A DNA stretch of 64,000 bases, taken from IMG/VR virus record IMGVR_UViG_3300045988_061913, positions 1-64,000 of that record. The stretch is one strand, 5' to 3'. The first letter of the stretch is position 1, and the number at the start of each line of letters is the position of its first letter. The translations under genes and the position numbers were made by a program. Shown one piece after another: positions 16,471 through 26,042 of this stretch. Below the pieces are notes generated by a model. It did not search any database. It worked only from the letters and a program-made list of their open reading frames with translations, and had not been told where the DNA came from. The stretch comes from a virus.

Positions 16471-17145
16471 ATGACTAGATTAGAAAAGTATTTAGTAGCA
16501 ACTGCTACTGAGATTATCGAAGCGGAAACAACTGTTTCTCGCTACTTTGTCATTGGAAACGTCAAAGTTAGAGTATCAGACCATTTAAGTAAAATGAGTG
16601 ATGCAGACTTACAAGTGATTATTCCATTGAACGGAGGGACTAAGTATATAGTTACTGTTAAGGATAGTCCTGGAAAATTTCTTGTATGGAATGCAACTCA
16701 AATAAAAGACTTTATTCCTTCATTGCAGATTATTAAGGGCTTGAAGGAAGGAGTACAACTTAAGCCAAAACCTAAAGACTCTGCAGTTCAGAAGATTCAG
16801 CTAGCATTAAATAATAGTAATACCGATGGAGGTTCGTTAACGTTCGATGGTACTATTATCGAGTCTAGATTGAAAGAAAAGCAACTTACCTCCAAACAGC
16901 GGGAAGTTTTCAGGAGAACTAAATCTACTTGGGATATTTCTCAGATTGGAACATTACCCAGTATGATTAAAGTAGATTTGGGATTGTCAAATGGTTCTGT
17001 AAACGAAGATGTGCAGATATTTCTAATTTGTACATCTTTAACCTACAAAGAAATTCTGAACATTTATAAAATAATAGTTGTTGATAACCATATGGTTCCA
17101 ACTATTAAACTGTTGCAAGAAGCTTATAGCTTAATTGTGCAGTAG
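16471..17145 (+). CDS. Hypothetical protein (224 aa)
   Basis: ORF in the track. Confidence 0.5.
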   Translation: MTRLEKYLVATATEIIEAETTVSRYFVIGNVKVRVSDHLSKMSDADLQVIIPLNGGTKYIVTVKDSPGKFLVWNATQIKDFIPSLQIIKGLKEGVQLKPKPKDSAVQKIQLALNNSNTDGGSLTFDGTIIESRLKEKQLTSKQREVFRRTKSTWDISQIGTLPSMIKVDLGLSNGSVNEDVQIFLICTSLTYKEILNIYKIIVVDNHMVPTIKLLQEAYSLIVQ

Positions 17146-17148
17146 GAT

Positions 17149-17220
17149 AGCGCCATCATCTAATGGTTAGGATTCAGGCTTTTCACGCCTGCCATACGGG
17201 TTCGAATCCCGTTGGCGTTA
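17149..17220 (+). tRNA. tRNA-Glu(TTC)
   Basis: Acceptor AGCGCCA/TGGCGTT, anticodon arm CAGGC-TTTTCAC-GCCTG and T-arm ACGGG-TTCGAAT-CCCGT. Confidence 0.7.
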
Positions 17221-17277
17221 CTATGTACCCCAGCAGCGGAAGTTGTTGGGGTATTTTTTGTTTAATATAATTAATAA

Positions 17278-17598
17278 TTGATGAGAAAAACATTTGAGTT
17301 TGTAAAGGTTGGGGGAGTCTGGTTCTATTGGTGGCCAGATTATGACGGAACACCAGAGGAACTAGCAATGGTTGGTGGTGCAGATGAACTTCTTGATTCT
17401 CTAGATAATAAGTTTGTTAGATTGCAGATGGTTGACCCAGCTACAGCTAAGATAACGTTGTCTAAAATTGAGGAGGATGAATGTGGAGCAACTTACTTAT
17501 GCAAAAGTAAGAATTACAATGACAGGGTATGGATTTGTGCTGTAACTCTATCAGTATTCGGGGAATATCCTCAAAATATTTACCTAAAAGATATGTAA
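17278..17598 (+). CDS. Hypothetical protein (106 aa); the true start is probably the ATG at 17281
   Basis: ORF in the track. Confidence 0.45.
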   Translation: MMRKTFEFVKVGGVWFYWWPDYDGTPEELAMVGGADELLDSLDNKFVRLQMVDPATAKITLSKIEEDECGATYLCKSKNYNDRVWICAVTLSVFGEYPQNIYLKDM

Positions 17599-17601
17599 AA
17601 A

Positions 17602-17970
17602 ATGAAAACGTTAAATGAGATTTTAGACAATTACAAAGACTATGCCGTAGTTCTCGATGACCGTTTCGGTTCTAGATTAGCAAAGTTTTTAACAGAAGAG
17701 CAGTTAGAAAAAATAGGCTTCAAGTACGATGGTGATGAGCCTTATCCAGAGCCTAAGGAATGGACTAGAGAGAATATCCTAGAGCAACTTAAGTCTGACG
17801 TGGAGTTTGGTTTTGAGAAGGCTCTAGACCAGAGAGGCATTTCAGCTAGCCTAATGTTCTACGTGGTACTAAGGTGGAATCAAGTTCTAGAAGAGGGCTT
17901 AGAGAATTATCCTGAAGAGAATTATGCTATGTTGCCTTTGTTTAAGGCTACTGCTGTAAAGTATGGATGA
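17602..17970 (+). CDS. Hypothetical acidic protein (122 aa)
   Basis: ORF in the track. Confidence 0.5.
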   Translation: MKTLNEILDNYKDYAVVLDDRFGSRLAKFLTEEQLEKIGFKYDGDEPYPEPKEWTRENILEQLKSDVEFGFEKALDQRGISASLMFYVVLRWNQVLEEGLENYPEENYAMLPLFKATAVKYG

Positions 17971-17992
17971 GAGAATCCTATAGGCGACGATA

Positions 17993-18217
17993 ATGGGGAC
18001 GAAGAGTTCTACAATGAGTAGCGCTATGAAGGAATCTTCTATACTTAAAGCAATTTCTGACGCTATTGAAGAATACGAGGAAAATCAACAAAGACGAATA
18101 GACCTGTTAGAGAGTAAAATTCTGCTATTTGAGAGAGAAAGGGAGGCTTTTATTCGGCATTTGAGAGAAGGAAACATTCAATTATTAAAGGATTATCTAG
18201 GAATTAAAGATGAGTAA
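17993..18217 (+). CDS. Hypothetical coiled-coil protein (74 aa)
   Basis: ORF in the track. Confidence 0.4.
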   Translation: MGTKSSTMSSAMKESSILKAISDAIEEYEENQQRRIDLLESKILLFEREREAFIRHLREGNIQLLKDYLGIKDE

Positions 18218-18422
18218 GTACTATTTAATTAAGGAATGTAATAATATTCCTTTTATCTTAGGACAGTTCGATAGTATTGAAGAGGCTGAGGCCGCTCTTC
18301 CTTCTACAAATAAGAAGGGAGCTAAGCACTTTGTCGTTTGTTCTACAGAGCAATTAAAGTCAGCAAGGGCGGTAACTCAAAATTACTGGGATATTAGATT
18401 AATAGAAGAAGAAGTTTTATGA
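18210..18422 (+). CDS. Hypothetical protein (70 aa)
   Basis: ORF in the track. Confidence 0.4.
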   Translation: MSKYYLIKECNNIPFILGQFDSIEEAEAALPSTNKKGAKHFVVCSTEQLKSARAVTQNYWDIRLIEEEVL

Positions 18423-18913
18423 AAAAGAAAGTTTTAATTATCCTTATGATTAGTATTGTATTCGGATTTGCAACTGGTTATTCTTTGCATCATCTGATAC
18501 ATTCCAATCAGAAACAGGAGGAAATGGTATTGCTGCCAGAGCATCCATTCTACTTATTGGATGAAGTAAACGAAGAAGTATTGTACAATACTTTGAAGCA
18601 TTACGATTTTCCAAATCCAGCAATTATAACAGCTCAGGCTGTTCTGGAATCTGGCAATTTTAAATCGAAACTTTGTAAGGATAATAACAATCTGTTCGGG
18701 TTGTATAACTCCAGAACAATGTCTTACTTCAAGTTCGATAGTTGGATAAGCTGCGTGTTCGCTTATAAGCAATTTATCCTTAGTAAGTATAACCCAGAAG
18801 AGGATTATTACAAATTCCTAGACAGAATTGGCTACGCTGAGGATTCCTTGTATGAAAGTAAAGTTAAGGAATTGGAATTAGATATACTTAATAAATATGG
18901 AAGCTCAAATTGA
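18419..18913 (+). CDS. Membrane-anchored peptidoglycan hydrolase, glucosaminidase (FlgJ/mannosyl-glycoprotein endo-beta-N-acetylglucosaminidase-like) family; candidate endolysin
   Basis: N-terminal TM/signal-anchor segment, then AQAVLESGNFKSKLCKDNNNLFGL, which matches the glucosaminidase-domain consensus (AxAxxESGWG...NNLFGIK). Confidence 0.55.
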   Translation: MKKKVLIILMISIVFGFATGYSLHHLIHSNQKQEEMVLLPEHPFYLLDEVNEEVLYNTLKHYDFPNPAIITAQAVLESGNFKSKLCKDNNNLFGLYNSRTMSYFKFDSWISCVFAYKQFILSKYNPEEDYYKFLDRIGYAEDSLYESKVKELELDILNKYGSSN

Positions 18914-19115
18914 AGAAGCTATCAAATTTAGAAAGAAAGCTAATTTCAAGATATTAACTAGATTAAGTCAAATCATTGACCAATATCCTTATCTAAGATT
19001 TCACCAAATTCTTATTATATATAAGATTAGTGAGCTGGGAGTGGATAAGTTCAATGAGGAGAGTGTAGAAACTTTGAAGAAGCTAGAGCATGAAATGGTG
19101 GAAAAAAGGAATTAG
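18897..19115 (+). CDS. Hypothetical protein (72 aa)
   Basis: ORF in the track. Confidence 0.35.
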   Translation: MEAQIEEAIKFRKKANFKILTRLSQIIDQYPYLRFHQILIIYKISELGVDKFNEESVETLKKLEHEMVEKRN

Positions 19116-19245
19116 TAAGATTACTAGTAATAGTTCTGATGGGAACAATACTATTAGTAACTAGGGAAGTAACGGGTTTTGAGACCGCAGTTATGACTGG
19201 TCTAACTATTATATTATGCAATCAAATATTTAACGAATAAAGATT

Positions 19246-21261
19246 ATGAATTTTAAAGATTTCAAGAAAGATGTAGAGTCTGCTTTCAATGCTATGATTG
19301 CAGATAATTTATTTGTAGTTAATGTAGACAAAGACCTTTTGTGGATGAGTTATCTTCTCTCCTTTGAGGACGAAACAATTCGGCAAGATCACAATTGTAA
19401 TGCTTGTAAGTCTTTCATACATCACTATGGTAAGGTAGTCGCTATAGACCCTCAAACCTACAAGGTGAAAACCTTCTGGGATGATGTTCACACTCCTGGC
19501 TATGAAAAGACCGCATCTGATTTAGCTAAGCTCGTTAAGGAAGCTGGAATAGGAGATATATTCATTCAGGATGTTAATGAGTTTCACGGTTGTGACCATA
19601 ATGTGCAACTTCTTCCTGATGGAACTACTAGAACTTGGACTCACTTGTACGTGACTATTCCTAACAAGTTTAAATTCAACAAGAGAGTACATCATTTCGA
19701 TTCTGCCGCAGGTTATCGCGGAGATGTTAGAGCTAGAGCTGGTGTCTTTGAACGCTCTCTTTCCGAGCTTAAACTAAGTGCGGTAGAAACCGTAATTGAG
19801 TTGATAGAGGATAATAATCTCTATCGCGGAGAAGAGTTCCTAAAGACTCTGCAAGAGTTCAGAAGAACTATGCTTGAGGCCGATAATCTCTCACCAGAGG
19901 TTCGCACTAACTATTGTTGGTTTAACTTCAAATCTCCAATAGCTAAAATTAGAAATACGGCTATGGGAACTCTACTGATTGACTTAAGTAATGGTGTAGA
20001 CCTGGAAAGAGCTGTTAAGTCTTATGAGAACATTATGGCTCCATCTAACTATAAGAGACCTACTGCTCTTATTACTAAGAAACAAATTGAGGCTGCTCAG
20101 AAGAAGGTTGAAGAACTTGGGTTAACTGATGCCCTTCCTCGCCGTCATGCTCGTGTAGAAGATATTTCTGTAAACGACGTTCTGTTCGTAAATAGAGACA
20201 CTCGTGCACGTATGAAAGGAGGTATATTTGACTCTTTAAAAGAGACCTCAACGGTTAATCCTAAAGAGTATACCAAAGCTACTGAAATTTCAATTTCGGA
20301 GTTTGTAACTAATGTATTGCCACACTCTAAGGATGTGCAAATTCTTGTTGAGAATAAGCATATTCCTAATTTTGTTACCCTAACTGCTCCAGAGAACCCT
20401 GATGCAGGTCAGCTGTTCAAATGGAAGAATAACTTCGCTTGGGTGTATAATGGCTCTATGGCGGATTCATTCAAGGAGAAAGTAAAAGCAGCAGGTGGTA
20501 ACGTAAATGGATTCCTAAGATGTTCTCTACACTGGTTTAACTATGATGACCTTGACCTCCATGTAACAGAACCTGGTGGTAATGAAATCTATTACGGGCA
20601 TAAGAGAGGATTAACTGGTGGTACACTAGATGTAGATATGAACGCTGGTTCTGGTAAAACCAGAGATGCAGTCGAGAATATTATCTGGACTGACCAATCT
20701 AAACTCAGAGCAGGTCGATATGAAGTGCGTGTGCATAACTTCTGCAAAAGAGAACATATAGACTTTGGATTCGAGGTAGAAATCGAAATCAATGGAGAAC
20801 TTCATAAGTTCAACTATGATAAGATGGTGTCAGACAGAGAATATATTGCGGTAGCAATTATCAAGGTAGATTCTATTGGTAATATAACCCTAAGTCCGGT
20901 AATTGCCGAAGGTGCAACTTCATACAAGTCTATGAACGAGTGGGGCATTGATACTATGCGTTTCCAAACTGTTTCTTGCATCATGTATTCTCCAAATTAT
21001 TGGGAAGGTAATGAAATAGGAAACAAGCACCTATTCTTCATGATTGATGGATGTAAAAATCCTGACCCAGTTCGAGGATTCTTCAATGAATATCTGAGAC
21101 CCGATCTCGAAAAAGATCATAAGAGAGTATTCGAAGCTATTGGCTCTAGAGCTAAAGCAGAATACAACGATAACCAGTTGAGTGGACTAGGATTCTCTAG
21201 TACGTCTCACGACGAGGTTGTAGTTAAAGTTGATAATAAACCATTTAAAATTAAATTCTAA
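19246..21261 (+). CDS. Large hypothetical protein (671 aa)
   Basis: Long uninterrupted ORF with no recognisable catalytic motif; conserved-looking stretch LHWFNYDDLDLHVTEPGG...GGTLDVDMNAG. Confidence 0.6.
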   Translation: MNFKDFKKDVESAFNAMIADNLFVVNVDKDLLWMSYLLSFEDETIRQDHNCNACKSFIHHYGKVVAIDPQTYKVKTFWDDVHTPGYEKTASDLAKLVKEAGIGDIFIQDVNEFHGCDHNVQLLPDGTTRTWTHLYVTIPNKFKFNKRVHHFDSAAGYRGDVRARAGVFERSLSELKLSAVETVIELIEDNNLYRGEEFLKTLQEFRRTMLEADNLSPEVRTNYCWFNFKSPIAKIRNTAMGTLLIDLSNGVDLERAVKSYENIMAPSNYKRPTALITKKQIEAAQKKVEELGLTDALPRRHARVEDISVNDVLFVNRDTRARMKGGIFDSLKETSTVNPKEYTKATEISISEFVTNVLPHSKDVQILVENKHIPNFVTLTAPENPDAGQLFKWKNNFAWVYNGSMADSFKEKVKAAGGNVNGFLRCSLHWFNYDDLDLHVTEPGGNEIYYGHKRGLTGGTLDVDMNAGSGKTRDAVENIIWTDQSKLRAGRYEVRVHNFCKREHIDFGFEVEIEINGELHKFNYDKMVSDREYIAVAIIKVDSIGNITLSPVIAEGATSYKSMNEWGIDTMRFQTVSCIMYSPNYWEGNEIGNKHLFFMIDGCKNPDPVRGFFNEYLRPDLEKDHKRVFEAIGSRAKAEYNDNQLSGLGFSSTSHDEVVVKVDNKPFKIKF

Positions 21262-21263
21262 TT

Positions 21264-21638
21264 ATGTACAAACAAGCGTCTAAAATGAAGTTGCGCTTTG
21301 CAACTAGTAAAGGTAATTTGAGTGTGGAAGATTTGTGGGACTTAAGTCTTCCTGCATTGGACAGACTGGCAGTGTCCTATGACGAAGAATTAGCCAAGAG
21401 TCCTAGAAAATCTTTCATAACTAATGATACTCCTAGCAATAGCGAACTGGAGTTAAAGTTCAACATTGTGAAAGATGTTATCACTGATAAGCTGAAAGAC
21501 AAGGCTGCTAGAGAAGCAGCTAAAGATAAGGCAGCTGAGAAGGCACGCCTGACTGAACTGCTGGCTAAGAAACAGTCTGAGAAAATGGAAAGTATGTCCG
21601 AAGATGAAATCAGACAACGACTTGCAGAACTCGGATAA
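21264..21638 (+). CDS. Hypothetical protein (124 aa)
   Basis: ORF in the track. Confidence 0.45.
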   Translation: MYKQASKMKLRFATSKGNLSVEDLWDLSLPALDRLAVSYDEELAKSPRKSFITNDTPSNSELELKFNIVKDVITDKLKDKAAREAAKDKAAEKARLTELLAKKQSEKMESMSEDEIRQRLAELG

Positions 21639-21918
21639 TTGTGTCGTATTGAAAACAGTTAGTCCACAAATCTTAGATAAACTAAGGGAAAGTGGATTGA
21701 CTGTTTGTACGTGTTGTGAATTTCCTGGTACAGCCTGGTTAGTATTCAGACCAAATATGCCTACATCGGATATTCACGGTGAGGGGTATGATTTCGAAGA
21801 GATAGGACTTTTTGGAACAGAGGCTGTTCTCAAATACTTCGAAGCTAACACTCCGAATTATGTAGATTGCGGAACTGATGTCGATAAATTTATTAACATT
21901 TGTTTGCAGTTTAAATAA
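21604..21918 (+). CDS. Hypothetical protein (104 aa)
   Basis: ORF in the track. Confidence 0.4.
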   Translation: MKSDNDLQNSDNCVVLKTVSPQILDKLRESGLTVCTCCEFPGTAWLVFRPNMPTSDIHGEGYDFEEIGLFGTEAVLKYFEANTPNYVDCGTDVDKFINICLQFK

Positions 21919-22004
21919 GTTAACGGTTTTTAACTTTGAATTTAACACTTGTACTGTTATTATAGTAAGTTGATTAGCGGTACGTGAGTATAGCTAATTA
22001 CTAT

Positions 22005-22090
22005 GCCCGAATGGTGGAATTGGTAGACACGTCAGATTTAAGCTCTGATGCCCAGTAATGGGCGTGTGGGTTCGAGTCCCACTTCGGGTA
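22005..22090 (+). tRNA. tRNA-Leu(TAA), type II
   Basis: Acceptor GCCCGAA/TTCGGGT, anticodon arm TCAGA-TTTAAGC-TCTGA, long variable arm and T-arm GTGGG-TTCGAGT-CCCAC. Confidence 0.75.
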
Positions 22091-22172
22091 GAAACACAAG
22101 ATTGAAACCTCCACGTGGTGTGTTTTGGGTAAAGCTAATTCAATCAATTATTAATAATGTTATAAATAGTTT

Positions 22173-22793
22173 ATGATATGGGATAATTGCATTACAAATA
22201 TTATCAACAATAAAAGATACGTTGGTAAAACCCTCTTTTACTATATAGGAAAGATTTTAGGAACACTGCAAGGATTCTCGAAAAGAAAGATGTGAAAAAC
22301 GTCCATTATATGATGCTATGAATAAATATGGAGTTGAAAACTTTATAGTAGAGGAATTAGAATATGTAAAGGACGAAAACATACTTTCAGAAAGAGAGGT
22401 ATATTGGATAAAAGAGTTGGAAACTTATGGCTCCAAAGGCTATAATGCTACTAAGGGTGGTGACGGAACATAGTTATCAAGAGATAATCGAACTGTACAA
22501 TATGGGATATACTTGCAAAAAAGTTGCGGAGAAAGTGGGATGATACTGTAAGAAAAGTATTGAAAGCTCATGACATTAAAATCAGAGGTGGGTCTGCTAA
22601 GAAAATTGATCAATTTGATATGGCTGGCAATTATATATAGCACTTCTGGGGAAGAGAAGAAGCAGCTCAATGGCTTGTAGATAATGGTCTAGCAAAAACT
22701 GTTAATTGCAAAAGACATATCACCGATTGTTGCAATCATAAAATAACCCATGCTTATGGCTACATATGGAAGTACGGCATACTTCCAGAGTAA
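22173..22793 (+). pseudogene. Decayed GIY-YIG homing endonuclease (I-TevI/Seg-like), broken into at least four reading frames
   Basis: Frame 1 is MIWDNCITNIINNKRYVGKT (GIY-YIG motif). Frame 2 is RPLYDAMNKYGVENFIVEELEYV...EVYWIKELETYGSKGYNATKGG (catalytic core). Downstream frames give IELYNMGYTCKKVAEKVG and EEAAQWLVDNGLAKTVNCKRHIT...HAYGYIWKYG (NUMOD-like DNA-binding modules). The frames are separated by stop codons and frameshifts. Confidence 0.6.
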
Positions 22794-22989
22794 TGCCACT
22801 TCGGGTACTATAAAATGTTTTAATATGGAAAGATACATAAAAGAACTAGTAGAGATTTATACTAGCAATACTCTTAAGTCAAAAGAGGAGCTAGAAAGTT
22901 TGAAGAAACTTATTATGAACGCTCATAGAGCTGGTTTCATAGCTGGAGAAGAATCTATAGTAAATGTAATTGATAAGTTAACAAAATGA
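22750..22989 (+). CDS. Hypothetical protein; the true start is probably the ATG at 22825 (54 aa), because the 5-prime part overlaps the endonuclease pseudogene
   Basis: ORF in the track, with an internal ATG (MERYIKELVEIY...). Confidence 0.35.
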   Translation: MLMATYGSTAYFQSNATSGTIKCFNMERYIKELVEIYTSNTLKSKEELESLKKLIMNAHRAGFIAGEESIVNVIDKLTK

Positions 22990-23900
22990 AAGAAAGTGTA
23001 TTTTTTGGAAACGAAGGATTGACTTCTACATCTGCTAACTATTATGCTAATGTTGCGCAGGAAATGATTCAGGCTGCTACTGAGCGTCTGAATAGTGTGA
23101 GGTTCTATCAAGTGTTTGTAGCCTCTATAGGAGGTGGGGAGAAGCAATTAATGACAGTAGGTCAAACTTCCCTAGACTTTATTAAGGACGACTTAGAAAA
23201 GTCAGCGGAAATGAATAGCTTCTGTGCTTGGGTGCGGGAGGCTATTAAGAAAAAGGAGGAATTGATTTCCTATACTACTGCTTGCTCTATCGAAAAATGG
23301 GCTAGAGAAAACAATGTTGAGATTCCAGAACAACCTCAATATCCAGATTCACCTATTAAGGCGGATGAAAAAGAGGTAATGGATTCATGGGATGCCAATA
23401 AGAGAAACAAGTACCTAAGACTTGAAGCGTTTGCTTCTACTTATGGGAAATATATTCACCCAAAAGGAGCTTTTAGCAAAGCTAGAAAAGATGTTCATGC
23501 CGCTGAAAACTGCCCAATCTACAAGGAAGGAACTGGTAGAGACTTAATTCTCTATTACCAAGACCCGACTATTAAGGTAGAGGATGTTGATGCGATGTTT
23601 ATGTCTCTTCAAGATACGTATCGTTCTTATGAAAAAGAACTGAACGCTATGAAGGCAGAACTTAAAGAGACTGTAAATAAACTTGATATGACTAGAGAAA
23701 GGGAATATCAAGATAGAGTAGCAGAATTTAAGGCTGACTATGAGAGATATAATTCTAAAATGCAAGAGTTTAGAAGTCAGTTTAATAACTGGAGAACGTC
23801 TGAACAGGAGAGAATCTCTCAACTAAAGATTACCTTGCCAACGAATCTTCTAGGAATTTTCGAAGAGATTAGGAAACAAGGCGATCCTTCCTCTAAGTAA
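22986..23900 (+). CDS. Hypothetical protein (304 aa), coiled-coil-rich C-terminus
   Basis: ORF in the track. Confidence 0.55.
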   Translation: MKESVFFGNEGLTSTSANYYANVAQEMIQAATERLNSVRFYQVFVASIGGGEKQLMTVGQTSLDFIKDDLEKSAEMNSFCAWVREAIKKKEELISYTTACSIEKWARENNVEIPEQPQYPDSPIKADEKEVMDSWDANKRNKYLRLEAFASTYGKYIHPKGAFSKARKDVHAAENCPIYKEGTGRDLILYYQDPTIKVEDVDAMFMSLQDTYRSYEKELNAMKAELKETVNKLDMTREREYQDRVAEFKADYERYNSKMQEFRSQFNNWRTSEQERISQLKITLPTNLLGIFEEIRKQGDPSSK

Positions 23901-23903
23901 TTA

Positions 23904-24336
23904 GAGGAATTTTCTGTAGGAAGCTAACAATTTATATATACGTTAGGAATAATATATGAATCTTTATTTGGAAATCTAAGGATTCCTGACTTACACATTC
24001 GCTGGTCTCACAAAAATCTTGAAATTACTCTCTTATTGAGAGTCTTTGTCTTCGCTAGTGTGACCAGGTCTTCGACTTTGATTTCATCTTTGCCTGCGTG
24101 TTAGCTTCCTACTATAGCTCACCAACCAAGTTGTTGGAGGAGTTACGAAGCCCTGTTAAGGGTTTCAGCATTTGCTTCAGTTACAAGTAATCTTTAAACT
24201 TGGTGACTATTATCCCAAATTCTCAACAAGATGAAGAGGGAGGTTGGCCGACCTAATAACGGTACAAGCTCTTCGGAGTGATAGGAGTGGGGAAAGTATC
24301 TGAGAAGCACAGATACTGGAACCACTCTTTTTTTTG
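23904..24336 (+). ncRNA. Candidate structured noncoding RNA (~430 nt) ending in a hairpin plus T8 terminator
   Basis: No ORF longer than ~30 codons. There is a perfect 14-nt long-range inverted repeat (GTAGGAAGCTAACA at 23917-23930 and TGTTAGCTTCCTAC at 24110-24123) and a local hairpin CTCACCAACCAAGTTGTTGGAGGAG. The terminal stem GAGTGG/CCACTC is followed by TTTTTTTT at 24328-24335. Confidence 0.35.
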
Positions 24337-24372
24337 ATAGATAAAATGTTTAACTAATTAAAATTATTGAAA

Positions 24373-24537
24373 ATGAAGAAGTTACTATTGCTTTTTGTGT
24401 TAGTTGCTGCTATGTCAGCTTGCACACACAAGACTCAACCGGCAACTGTAGTTGCAGAAGACTCTGTTGTAGTCGTTGAGAATGTTGCAGACACAACTGC
24501 TGTCGATTCTATAGTATCTAACGATAGTATTCAGTAA
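24373..24537 (+). CDS. Small lipoprotein (54 aa)
   Basis: MKKLLLLFVLVAAMSAC has a lipobox-like cysteine after a hydrophobic signal; below the ORF-track cutoff. Confidence 0.35.
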   Translation: MKKLLLLFVLVAAMSACTHKTQPATVVAEDSVVVVENVADTTAVDSIVSNDSIQ

Positions 24538-24765
24538 GTATGGATTTCATCGCAACTAGAGTTAGTGAACTCCTAGAAAAGGTTTCACCCATTAGACGAT
24601 GGCTTATTTCCGATGTTGCGAATGAATACTACCGTGAAGGTTATTAAGATGGTCAGAAGCTAGTCTATAGAAATGTATTGAAAGGTAACGCATTGAAAGA
24701 ATTTATTGAAATTCTTAATCATTGCGGAATCAAATTGAGTTACAATCTGCGGAAAGGAGGTTTAA

Positions 24766-25200
24766 TTGTCAGTGTTAGACCTGACAAACTTCCCAATCTG
24801 CAACGCCTCGTTGAATGTTATAAAAATGAAAGTAAAGAAGACAAGAAATTTCAGTGATGCCCCACCTCTTGATGTTCAGTATAACTACATCATGGAGAAC
24901 TTTGACTTTGACAAGGTTCTAGAATATATGAGTTGGGACAAGAGTCATAGAACATATGACGATGATGGAAAATGTGTAGGAAAGTCTCCTTGGAGGATGT
25001 ATATAAGTCCTGGAGAGTATAGAGTTCCATCTATTTCTGACCTGAGAACACTAGCTAGAGACTTACTTACGCAAGTAATAAGAAATTATAGAAACAGTAA
25101 ATCAACATTTGTTTCTATATCTACTGGGCCATTTAAGGCTATGTGTAGATATGGTATGCTAGAGTTGATTGGTGTTATAGAATCTTGGAGCGATGATTGA
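24766..25200 (+). CDS. Hypothetical protein (TTG start in the track; alternative ATG at 24826)
   Basis: ORF in the track; an unusual AGGAGG-like element lies 9 nt upstream of the TTG. Confidence 0.45.
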   Translation: MSVLDLTNFPICNASLNVIKMKVKKTRNFSDAPPLDVQYNYIMENFDFDKVLEYMSWDKSHRTYDDDGKCVGKSPWRMYISPGEYRVPSISDLRTLARDLLTQVIRNYRNSKSTFVSISTGPFKAMCRYGMLELIGVIESWSDD

Positions 25201-25588
25201 GTTCAATGAAGTGTTCTGTTTAGATTTAAAAGATGATTTTGAGGAATTAGGAAGGCATGAGAGAAATTTCGAGCTAGATGAATTCATTCAGAAGGATTTG
25301 AGTAGAGCTTTTGCTTTTGGTTATTGTTACTTAGATTGGATAAAAGAAAAAATGTGGTTTCCAGTCTCTATTAGAAAAGCCTTGAGGCATCTTGGAGATA
25401 ATTTGGAAGACTTTATTCCACAAATTAAGTGGCTTAATGGGAAGTATAGAGCTGTAGGAAAGAGAGTTAGAATAAGTGATTACGCAAACTATATTTTAGA
25501 TAATATATTTTGTGATAACCAAGACGACCTGCTAAAGATAGCAATACTACTAGGAACTAATCTCAGGACTAATACTCAGAATGAGTAA
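25193..25588 (+). CDS. Hypothetical protein (131 aa)
   Basis: ORF in the track. Confidence 0.45.
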   Translation: MIEFNEVFCLDLKDDFEELGRHERNFELDEFIQKDLSRAFAFGYCYLDWIKEKMWFPVSIRKALRHLGDNLEDFIPQIKWLNGKYRAVGKRVRISDYANYILDNIFCDNQDDLLKIAILLGTNLRTNTQNE

Positions 25589-26042
25589 TTTAGAGGTCTT
25601 TACTGACGGAGCTTTTAGTTCATCTAGAAATACAGGAGGAGTAGGAGTTGTATTCGTAATTGATGGGAAAAAATCCTATGAATTTAGCAAGATGATTCCA
25701 AATACTACTAACAACAAATGTGAGTTGTTAGCTGTAATATATGCTCTCAATGCAGTAAGCCGTAAGATAGAATCTCTTACTATCTATTCAGATTCTCAGT
25801 ATGTCATAGGATGTGCTACAAAAGGATGGAAAAGAAAAAAGAATGTAGAGTTGTGGAACTTATATGACAAGGTTTTTGCTAAGGCAAGCCAGTTTTGCCC
25901 TGACATAAAATTTTGTTGGGTTAAGGGACATACTTCAAATTCTGATTTCTTTTCTGAGATGAATAATTTAGCAGATAAATTAGCAGTTGAAGCAAGTCAA
26001 GAATATGAAACTAAGAAAGAACAAAAACAAGAGACTCATTAA
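25581..26042 (+). CDS. rnhA: Ribonuclease HI
   Basis: FTDGA...TTNNKCELLAVIYAL...SDSQYV...WVKGHTSNSDFFSEMNNLADKLA aligns motif-for-motif with E. coli RNase HI, including the DEDD catalytic residues. Confidence 0.85.
   Translation: MSNLEVFTDGAFSSSRNTGGVGVVFVIDGKKSYEFSKMIPNTTNNKCELLAVIYALNAVSRKIESLTIYSDSQYVIGCATKGWKRKKNVELWNLYDKVFAKASQFCPDIKFCWVKGHTSNSDFFSEMNNLADKLAVEASQEYETKKEQKQETH

Noticed and set aside
23904-24336. tmRNA or RNase P RNA identity for the noncoding region
   Set aside because: The region has no tRNA-like acceptor/T-arm 3-prime end, no plausible tag-peptide reading frame ending in hydrophobic ALAA-type residues, and no RNase P conserved P4 sequences, so it is kept only as a generic structured ncRNA candidate.
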